Below, one piece after another: positions 56,490 through 64,000 of a DNA stretch of 64,000 nucleotides. The stretch is from a virus (Duplodnaviria; Heunggongvirae; Uroviricota; Caudoviricetes). The first letter of the stretch is position 1. Every line of letters begins with the position of its first letter. The notes under the pieces are model-generated. The model was given only the letters and a program-made list of their open reading frames with translations. It did not search any database and was not told the DNA's origin. The translations under genes and the position numbers were made by a program. Location of the stretch: IMG/VR virus record IMGVR_UViG_3300013307_000673; one strand, given 5' to 3'.

Positions 56490-57464
56490 TTAGGCTGAAG
56501 TTTCCAGCTCTTCTTCATCCAGTTCTTCTTCGTATTCGTGAACTTCACGGTTGCGATCCGGCTCAAAGTAGATGTGTTTAATATCAGGGAAAGATTCTTT
56601 AAGCGCTTCCTCTACACGGTTGGTTGCGTCAACCAGACCAAACTCACTACCCGTGCGATGCATTTCTGCCTGAATCATCACCATTACCTGCGCACCCCAC
56701 TGTAAAGTCACCAGACGATACAGCGTTTTAATCTCAGGTCGCGCCTCAATAAATGCTTCCATCGCCCGGTGCTTCTTAGGACTCGCAGACTCACCCACAA
56801 TCAGACTCTTAATCTCAAGCACAATAAAGATAGCCACACCAATCAAGACCGCACCTACCAGCATACTACCCAGCGCATCCCAACGAGAATCACCCGTCAC
56901 ATACGCAATCGCCAGTGATACAAGCGCCAGTAACAGACCCGTAATCGCCGCAATATCTTCACCCGTTACAATCAACATTTCAGATGAACGTGTCTCTTTA
57001 AACCACTGCAGCAAACTCATACCCGCACGCTCTTTCTTAATATGCTCCAGCGCACCACGCAAAGCATAACCCTCAAGCGCAATCGACACCAGCAATACCA
57101 GAATCGCATAACCTACATATTCAAGCGGCTCTGGATGCGTGAAGTGCTCATAACCCTTATACATCGACAGCACACCACCCATCGAAAATAACAGGAAGCC
57201 TACCATCAACGAGTAAAAGTATTTTACACGCTCATGACCGAACGGATGTTTCTCACTCTCCGGCTTCTTCGCCTCTCGAATACCTAACAATAACAGCAAC
57301 TGGTTAGCACAGTCAGCAAAGGAGTGAATCGACTCCGCCAGCATTGCTCCCGAACCCGTCATAACCGCCGTAATCGTCTTAATCACAGCAATACCAAAGT
57401 TCGCTCCCAACGCCCTCAAAATCGAAGCAATCGGACTACTACCATGCGCTGAATCAGCTTTCAT
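56490..57464 (-). CDS. cation diffusion facilitator (CDF) family transporter
   Basis: GSGAMLAESIHSFAD, HPFGH.R..Y, ED, DALGS; about 6 TM plus C-terminal domain. Confidence 0.92.
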   Translation of the reverse strand: MKADSAHGSSPIASILRALGANFGIAVIKTITAVMTGSGAMLAESIHSFADCANQLLLLLGIREAKKPESEKHPFGHERVKYFYSLMVGFLLFSMGGVLSMYKGYEHFTHPEPLEYVGYAILVLLVSIALEGYALRGALEHIKKERAGMSLLQWFKETRSSEMLIVTGEDIAAITGLLLALVSLAIAYVTGDSRWDALGSMLVGAVLIGVAIFIVLEIKSLIVGESASPKKHRAMEAFIEARPEIKTLYRLVTLQWGAQVMVMIQAEMHRTGSEFGLVDATNRVEEALKESFPDIKHIYFEPDRNREVHEYEEELDEEELETSA

Positions 57465-57608
57465 TTGTTCCTCTATTTAAGTTTACGTCAACATTTGACA
57501 GAAAACATCATAGCAAGTTTACTCCTCGTTTACAATCACTTTTTTACAATAAAGACAATATAGCCCTTTCTGCAAATAAAAAAGGCCCCGAAAGGCCTTC
57601 TTTTATGC

Positions 57609-58661
57609 TTACTCTGTAGTTTGTCTTTGATGCTTCTTGATATGCTTCACCACATCCCTAACCGCCGCATCATTCACCAGAGAGAACACATACATAATAG
57701 TCCCGCTATCAGCATAAACCGCCTTATTATCCTCTATGACTAAAACTCGATCACTCAGCGTCAAAGTATTGTTAGCGCGTTTTTCTTCAAATGCTTTCCA
57801 TGATGTGTCACGGCCACGGCTTTCAGTATTAATAAAAAAGATTGAGATATTGCCTTTTTCTTTACTCTCAAAAACAAAAGCACAGTTCTGATCTTCAATG
57901 ATTAAATCGTCATTCTTTAACCAAATATGGTTATCCCCATCATTAAACTCAAAACGATTGGCATCATCAAAGCATAACTTTTCACAAACAATCCGCATCA
58001 GATGTTCTCGTTTACCAAGACCATCCACTTTTGACTGATAAGCATTCGTTCCTGCCTGACCTAACGCATAGTAAAACGCATCAGGATAATCCGACATCTC
58101 AACATAGCCACGAATAAAATCTACGTAGTCCTTAATCAGCCATAAGTTAGGAGAAGGCCACACTTCCTCACGATCAATCTCTTTTGAGTCAAAGTCATTC
58201 AGCTCCTGCTCTAATGATGCTAAATACTCAGCAGTTACAGAAGGGATATTTTTCGCAGTATTGATAAAGTTTTCTAACTCCGTTTTCATATCCTCACGGC
58301 TTTTCTGGTTCATTTTTTTGACAACCAGTTTCAGCGTTATATCCTTACCTGTCTCAACTCTATCTTTAATGTAAGACTGCAGATAGTTTAATGCGCTTTC
58401 CTTACGTCCCTTCACCAACTCCTCAACAAAGACATCAACATTACCATACTGATTCTTCACCAAAACATAGCAAAGGCTGGAAGCTTCATTGATAAGGTAT
58501 TTAACCTCTACATCTTTAACCTTCAACAAAGGCACTGAATCCTTATGCGAAAATAATGCTTCACTTTTAGCGATCAGCTCATTGCGAAATGCTTTCTGTT
58601 CGTTTAACGCATCGTAAATATAGTTCGTGTTTTGCATAAAAGAGTCCTTGTTAGTTTTCAC
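57609..58661 (-). CDS. hypothetical protein, large paralog family
   Basis: NRFEFNDGDNHIWL...IEDQNC shared with 60142..61596. Confidence 0.85.
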   Translation of the reverse strand: MKTNKDSFMQNTNYIYDALNEQKAFRNELIAKSEALFSHKDSVPLLKVKDVEVKYLINEASSLCYVLVKNQYGNVDVFVEELVKGRKESALNYLQSYIKDRVETGKDITLKLVVKKMNQKSREDMKTELENFINTAKNIPSVTAEYLASLEQELNDFDSKEIDREEVWPSPNLWLIKDYVDFIRGYVEMSDYPDAFYYALGQAGTNAYQSKVDGLGKREHLMRIVCEKLCFDDANRFEFNDGDNHIWLKNDDLIIEDQNCAFVFESKEKGNISIFFINTESRGRDTSWKAFEEKRANNTLTLSDRVLVIEDNKAVYADSGTIMYVFSLVNDAAVRDVVKHIKKHQRQTTE

Positions 58662-58720
58662 TATTATACCTTGTTGCCATTATGACTATCAATCAAAACA
58701 TACAACAAGGCCACAGTTTA

Positions 58721-60073
58721 TTACTGACGATTGAACGCCAGCAACGCCTCACAATGCGCAATACCTTTATCAAGCGCCTGCTCCGGTGTCAGATTCCTGT
58801 CATGACTCTGAGGAAGGGGCCGCTTAGCCTTCAACACTTCTACAACTTTCTCAATCTCTCTGATCCATTCGGGCGTTAACAATACATCAGTAGGCTGCGT
58901 GTAAAGAGAAATGACAGAAACAGATTCGTCATCGCTCTCAACTGCAGGTAAGCCTTCTACATATTCAGCCCCTAAGTGATATACAAACCCCTTTGCTTTC
59001 TCGTCATACTCAAAACCACCGCCATTTACCAGCAATGCCTGAATCACCATATGAAACGCAGAAATATCTACTATGGTATTCTGATAACGAAGCTGATAAT
59101 CAAATGAGTTTACATCTTCTGGATATTCAATAGCCTCAATATCACCTTCCTTTTCTAACAGGTAAACCAGCGCATTGATTTTATGAAACACACTCATTCT
59201 AAACTGTTTCAGATCAGCATAGACAACTTTACCGTCTTCCGTTTTTAGACACGTATCATCATAAGGAAACACACCCACTTTTCCTTCATTGATTTTCTTA
59301 ATCAGTGTTTTGGGCTTGGATTTATTCAGATCCGAAACGATAAGCACATCCTTACCCTGACGCTTAATAGCATACCGCCAGTCAAAATCCTGAATAAATA
59401 AAACACCATCAATAACCATTGCCTCATAATGCAGATGGCGCGGCTCTTCCGTTAATACGGGCATTACTGTGTCCAGCTTTAAATATAATCCAGTAAGAGA
59501 ACGTTGCACAAAATCGATATCGCCAGCAACTGATTTATCATAAAGCGGCATAATAGAAACATCAGTGCCTGAGAACTTACTTAACGCATCATAGAAACGA
59601 TAAGCTTTATCAATGTAGTTAGGGCATGAGAAGAAGTGAGACTTCATTCTCTCTCTTAACATCAATCTGGTCATCGCATCTTCATTCTTAATAGCGTCAG
59701 CCAGAAGGCCAAGACTATACTCGATAGAGCGTGACTCAACGAAGTCCACATCTAAAATAGACAAAATAAAGTTTGAGGAAAACCGTGTATCTTCTGACTC
59801 CTCTTTTAAACGAGGAATGTTAACTTTTTCAGAAAGAGATGAGAATACAAATAGACGATTACTGTCCGCCTTCTTGAATAGAACATAATGCTCAGTGCTG
59901 CTTACAGTAAAAAGCTTCACGCCCGACTCAAGCTCTTTAAGCGCATCTGAGTTCCAAAGTAAGTTAATCGCTTGACCTAGCTTGTTGTAGAATGCCATAT
60001 CACTCAATACCGCACTACGCAAAGCGGATTCTTTATCAAGCCATTTCTGCATTTTTTCTTCTTTCATGAGCAC
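58721..60073 (-). CDS. hypothetical protein, large paralog family
   Basis: C-terminal SFDYQ..Y / LL..GG.EYD.K.G shared with 60142..61596. Confidence 0.85.
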   Translation of the reverse strand: MLMKEEKMQKWLDKESALRSAVLSDMAFYNKLGQAINLLWNSDALKELESGVKLFTVSSTEHYVLFKKADSNRLFVFSSLSEKVNIPRLKEESEDTRFSSNFILSILDVDFVESRSIEYSLGLLADAIKNEDAMTRLMLRERMKSHFFSCPNYIDKAYRFYDALSKFSGTDVSIMPLYDKSVAGDIDFVQRSLTGLYLKLDTVMPVLTEEPRHLHYEAMVIDGVLFIQDFDWRYAIKRQGKDVLIVSDLNKSKPKTLIKKINEGKVGVFPYDDTCLKTEDGKVVYADLKQFRMSVFHKINALVYLLEKEGDIEAIEYPEDVNSFDYQLRYQNTIVDISAFHMVIQALLVNGGGFEYDEKAKGFVYHLGAEYVEGLPAVESDDESVSVISLYTQPTDVLLTPEWIREIEKVVEVLKAKRPLPQSHDRNLTPEQALDKGIAHCEALLAFNRQ

Positions 60074-60141
60074 CTGCTGTTCCGTGAACCAATATCACTG
60101 GCTCGATTAAAGTTAAGCCTCCCGTTAAGAGAGGCTATTCA

Positions 60142-61596
60142 TTATTTCTTAGCGGCTTTATTTAACTGCTTTTGTTTCTTTCTCAGATAAGCCATCAGTT
60201 TTTCATATTCTGCTTCTTTCCCTTGCTTATCTCCAAACTCCGAGTAAATCTTATGCTTATCAATAAAATCAACCATGAAGTTGAATGCATCCAGCCATTC
60301 CTCATTCAGATATTTTATCGGTTTTAAAATATACTCAACACTCGACACCTGATAATACGCCTTAACATCTTCAGGTGAAACGTCTCGTGCATTCTTCTCT
60401 CGCTTTAAACTTTCAATATAAGGGAAGCTGTATGAAATCAAACCTTTTTCTTTATCGTATTCCTGACCTGCACCTAACAGCAGGAATGTGCGCAGAATAA
60501 AGTTAACCTCGCCCACACCATGACGGGAAAAATGATAATCACGCTGATAAGCATAGCTATGAACATCAGCATTATATTCAGCTTTTCCAAAGCCTTCTCT
60601 TTCCAGAGCTTTAACAGAAAACTCTACATCCAAATCAAAACAATAGGTCAGTGAACCCGCATTAGAATACTCCACCATGCCTTCTTTAACCTGAAGAACA
60701 ACACGACCAAAGAAATCAATAGAGTTATTCAGCTTGCCTTCATTCATCAGAGCTTGAAGCTTTTCTTTTTCTTCTTCATAGCCACTGTATTCTGTTGGCA
60801 GATAATATACCGTAAAGTTTTTATTATCACCCACAAACAGGAAAGTGCAGTTCTGATCGCTTAACACCAGACTCTCACCATCCAACCAGACATGGTTATC
60901 CAGATCGTTATACTCGAAACGATTTTCCGCATTAAAGTCCTGCTCACGGCAAACCTTTTCCATAAATACACGCTTAGCTACAATGTCCTCAACCTTCTGC
61001 TGAGCATCTTCTTTAGCGTTTTCCGCCAGACTCAGATAAAAATCAAAAGAGAAACGTTCCATACCTACGTGTTCAGCTAAAATCTCATTAAGCAGCATAA
61101 GAGACTCAATAGAGGAGGTAGTTTTTACAAAGCCTCCCACTTTGCTAAACATTGCCATTATATCTTTCATGGCGTCGTGTTTAACCAGATCTTTTTCTTC
61201 CATATCTGTCAGCATTTTTTCAAGCAAAGCCATTTTTTCACTGCTCATGGCAACTTCGATAAACTCAGTTTTAGTGCTGAATACATTATGCCATGAATAA
61301 ATATCTTTGCTTTTTTCACGCATAGAGCTTAAACCATACTGTAAATGAGCTTCCAGAGATTTATCGCCTTCGAAGTCATAGCATTGATCCTGATAGGCCG
61401 TGATTTCACCACCAGCCATACGTTCAAACACATGAATGATATCACCCAGGCGAAAAGCTTTTGCCACACGCACATCATCACTATGGACGGTCTTTAGCAG
61501 ATCATTGCGCTCAAACATCTTCAGCAGTGATTCACGCATAGCATTTTTAAATGCATCACTCTGGTTTATTGCGTGTGAAACATGGTTCTCGCTCAT
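60142..61596 (-). CDS. hypothetical protein, large paralog family
   Basis: Start moved to MSENHV (AAGGA RBS); NRFEYNDLDNHVWL. Confidence 0.85.
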   Translation of the reverse strand: MSENHVSHAINQSDAFKNAMRESLLKMFERNDLLKTVHSDDVRVAKAFRLGDIIHVFERMAGGEITAYQDQCYDFEGDKSLEAHLQYGLSSMREKSKDIYSWHNVFSTKTEFIEVAMSSEKMALLEKMLTDMEEKDLVKHDAMKDIMAMFSKVGGFVKTTSSIESLMLLNEILAEHVGMERFSFDFYLSLAENAKEDAQQKVEDIVAKRVFMEKVCREQDFNAENRFEYNDLDNHVWLDGESLVLSDQNCTFLFVGDNKNFTVYYLPTEYSGYEEEKEKLQALMNEGKLNNSIDFFGRVVLQVKEGMVEYSNAGSLTYCFDLDVEFSVKALEREGFGKAEYNADVHSYAYQRDYHFSRHGVGEVNFILRTFLLLGAGQEYDKEKGLISYSFPYIESLKREKNARDVSPEDVKAYYQVSSVEYILKPIKYLNEEWLDAFNFMVDFIDKHKIYSEFGDKQGKEAEYEKLMAYLRKKQKQLNKAAKK

Positions 61597-61711
61597 TGTT
61601 TTTCCTTTTAGAAATGAAATCAGTATATGTTGCCATTCTATCAAATGCTGACATGATGTACAACAAAAACCACCCGAAGGTGGTTTTATCTTAAACTCAG
61701 CAGAGGCTATA

Positions 61712-62332
61712 TTATTTCCAAACACCATCAGCGCACTTAACAGTGTCGCCTTGCTTATCTTTGGATCTCAATCCGTCTGGAGAGCAACCTTGGCCTTTCT
61801 CTTGTGTGCTTTGAATAAAAACAAAATCCGTTATTTGTTTTTTACTTTCAGGATTCAAGTTAGCCACATAATCAACCTTATTTACTTTCATTTCCAATAA
61901 ATATTTTTTTCCATCCGCCTCAAATAACGAATGATAGTCTTCTTTATCTTTATTCAGGTTCATTGTATTGCTAAAACTTAAAACCTGAACATTGCCAGAG
62001 TGCCATTTAGTATCATCAGAGTCATTCAGATCTTTAACATGCATTGTTCTGCCAGAGTAATGGAGAACATCTCCTTTTTCGCCTTTAACAACGGTTGAGC
62101 TAACTCTAACTTCATCCTTGAGATTCAGTTCTTTAGCGCCTATCTCTCTTGAACTGAAAGAAGGATTTTCTTTTCCGTCATTATTTACAATCTCAGATAT
62201 AGACGAAACAAGATGTTTGCTTCCTCCCTCTACAGAATATAACTGCGTATTAATCGTATAAGTAGCATCAGGAACTGCAGCGAATGCAGAAGATGAGGAT
62301 ACTACAAGTAAAGCTAATAATAATTTTTTCAT
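61712..62332 (-). CDS. secreted protein with C-terminal PilV-like Cys motif
   Basis: Signal peptide; CSPDGLRSKDKQGDTVKCADGVW. Confidence 0.7.
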   Translation of the reverse strand: MKKLLLALLVVSSSSAFAAVPDATYTINTQLYSVEGGSKHLVSSISEIVNNDGKENPSFSSREIGAKELNLKDEVRVSSTVVKGEKGDVLHYSGRTMHVKDLNDSDDTKWHSGNVQVLSFSNTMNLNKDKEDYHSLFEADGKKYLLEMKVNKVDYVANLNPESKKQITDFVFIQSTQEKGQGCSPDGLRSKDKQGDTVKCADGVWK

Positions 62333-62440
62333 GGTAAGGTTCTCCGTTAAGATTTAGTCTCAGAATATATAATATTTAAATACATTAGGCAAATTAATAA
62401 CAACAAAAATCCACCTTTACAAAGCTTCTTGATTCTGCAG

Positions 62441-63025
62441 TTATTCCCATTTTCCATCATGACATGAAACTTCAATACCTTCTTTCGTTTTAGCTATCAG
62501 ATTATCAGGTTTACACTCTGAGTCTTTTACAGCAATGTTACTTATCCTTAAAAATCCGTTGCTTTCTTCAGGCTCAATATTATTAACGCGAGTGGCGGTC
62601 ATTTTAACTAGATATTCTTTATCTTTTACGTTAAAAGGAAAAGATTCTTCATATTTAACCTGTTCATCTTTTAGAATTATTTTTTCTTTAAAACTTGAGC
62701 TGAGCCTTAAAAGACCTTCGCCATCAATAAAAGGCGAATTCCCCCAAAAATCCATGATATTATACTTACCAAACTCGCTAATCATTGTAGTAATAACTAC
62801 ACCATCTTCTAAAGCAAATGGCTTATTATTATCTTCTCTTGAAAAGAAAGATAACTTCCTTTCTCTGTTATTACTCACTGGCTCAGATAAAGAAGACAAT
62901 AATGTTTCGACTCCATTATTTACCGAATAGAAATCCGTTTTTACCAAATATGTTTTAGTAATGCTATCAGCAAACGCAGAGCAAGAGATAAGACAGGTAA
63001 GAGCTATAGCTATTATTTTTTTCAT
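62441..63025 (-). CDS. secreted protein with C-terminal PilV-like Cys motif (paralog)
   Basis: Signal peptide; CKPDNLIAKTKEGIEVSCHDGKW. Confidence 0.7.
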   Translation of the reverse strand: MKKIIAIALTCLISCSAFADSITKTYLVKTDFYSVNNGVETLLSSLSEPVSNNRERKLSFFSREDNNKPFALEDGVVITTMISEFGKYNIMDFWGNSPFIDGEGLLRLSSSFKEKIILKDEQVKYEESFPFNVKDKEYLVKMTATRVNNIEPEESNGFLRISNIAVKDSECKPDNLIAKTKEGIEVSCHDGKWE

Positions 63026-63304
63026 GATTTCTCCAAAGGTTAGTATTCATATAACATACAATTTTATAACGTATTTCAGCAAATAAAAAAGGCCACCTTG
63101 ATGGCAGCCTTTTGTTATTCTATGGTATTAATAATACGCCCAACGCTCAGGCGCATAGTAAAGATGCACAGTTCCTTCAAACCAAAGATTTCCAATCCGA
63201 TATAAATCCGCTTCTTCGCCGGAAGGAAGAATAGTTCTAACCACTACTTTTTCTTCAGGAAGTTCTTGATCAGTGCGTTTCCAAATAGTCATTTTTCTCA
63301 CCTC

Positions 63305-63649
63305 TTAAAAAGGAATGTGCGCTTCTAACGTTAAACCTATAATCTCTTCTACATACTCTCTGCGCATTTTATCATCCACTGAAAAATACCAAGCTGAAAA
63401 ACATTCTCTTAAAAAAGAATCTGTATTAGAGTGATAACCATAAACATTCATTTGCTTCCAAGCTAACAACTCATGATCATCTACATGTATATAATCTGAT
63501 TTGCTATCGTTTGCATACGCATTACCATCAGATCCCATAACAACACGCAGCCCAGCCTTATTAAATACCACATTGCCTGAATGAATCGCGTCTAACATTT
63601 TAAACCACCTTATCTCATGAGTTTTAATATGTCGAAAGTATAGCGCCAC
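63305..63649 (-). CDS. hypothetical protein
   Basis: 114 aa; annotated start overlaps a promoter -10, so the true start is probably downstream. Confidence 0.6.
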   Translation of the reverse strand: MALYFRHIKTHEIRWFKMLDAIHSGNVVFNKAGLRVVMGSDGNAYANDSKSDYIHVDDHELLAWKQMNVYGYHSNTDSFLRECFSAWYFSVDDKMRREYVEEIIGLTLEAHIPF

Positions 63650-63701
63650 ATCTTATGATGCACAACTATTATCTTATCAACACTCCATCCCGGTATAATA
63701 C

Positions 63702-63965
63702 TCAGGCAGCTTTGACGCCAAAATAATAACTAAACTGGTTTTCATTATTCAAAACGCGCACATCAGTCTCTACAGCAATATTCTTAATAAAAGGCAGAAA
63801 CTCAAAGTTGCACAGAATGATATCGTTTGACACCATACGACGCTTCAGCTCAGATCGGAACATCAAGCCTTTACGGAAAAGCTCTTCAATGAAGACTCCA
63901 TCGTTAGGATTGTAGATAGCGCTACGTTTATCAACCACAATAACGCCTTGGTCATTCACTTCCAT
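63702..63965 (-). CDS. hypothetical protein (may begin beyond window end)
   Basis: Frame stays open upstream of the Met to the window edge. Confidence 0.6.
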   Translation of the reverse strand: MEVNDQGVIVVDKRSAIYNPNDGVFIEELFRKGLMFRSELKRRMVSNDIILCNFEFLPFIKNIAVETDVRVLNNENQFSYYFGVKAA

Positions 63966-64000
63966 TACGCCGTGGCTTGAAATCTCAGGAATATGAAACT

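Noticed and set aside
1728-62930. Numerous antisense or overlapping ORFs in the six-frame track (e.g. 4781+, 11168+, 15519-, 29418-, 47758+, 62535+)
   Set aside because: Shadow ORFs of longer genes that have RBSs, motifs or promoters
1-64000. Genome-wide TAG recoding (code 15) implied by the CUA tRNA
   Set aside because: Code-11 ORFs are long and tile the window without TAG-fragmented genes; TAG ends several plausible genes

Overview
The window is 64 kb of accessory genome from a large lytic dsDNA phage, probably a jumbo-type phage of a Gammaproteobacterial/Enterobacterales host. That assignment is inferred from the sigma70-type promoters and from denV, T4-type RNA ligase 1 and an RnlB/LsoB homolog; no structural or replication genes are present. 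It is densely packed with mostly minus-strand small hypothetical ORFs and many tandem paralogs, and a conserved TTGTGC-N17-TAnnnT promoter recurs at least 13 times. Recognisable proteins are an Rnl1 RNA ligase, a 706-aa helical/TerD fusion, an orphan RnlB-like antitoxin, DenV, a NADAR-like protein, a Ser/Thr metallophosphatase, two cyclic-phosphate-processing receiver domains, an ankyrin protein, a trypsin-like protease, an HNH protein and a CDF transporter. The most striking content is non-coding. (1) A ~5 kb RNA island (30991-35932) holds only three canonical tRNAs (Leu-UAG, Leu-CAA and an amber-suppressor CUA). It also holds about a dozen tRNA-shaped RNAs that keep acceptor/T/D elements but have missing, shrunken or greatly expanded anticodon arms. 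One of these carries a complete circularly permuted tRNA nested in its anticodon loop. Two ~800-nt hairpin-dense ORF-free RNAs lie among them. (2) An array of two interleaved covarying RNA modules (20940-21415) sits upstream of the RnlB-like and TerD-fusion genes. (3) Further structured RNAs occur at 13.3-14.4 kb. Together these suggest an RNA-decoy/RNA-repair counter-defence system (inference). All structures were derived by eye; no database searches or folding programs were run.
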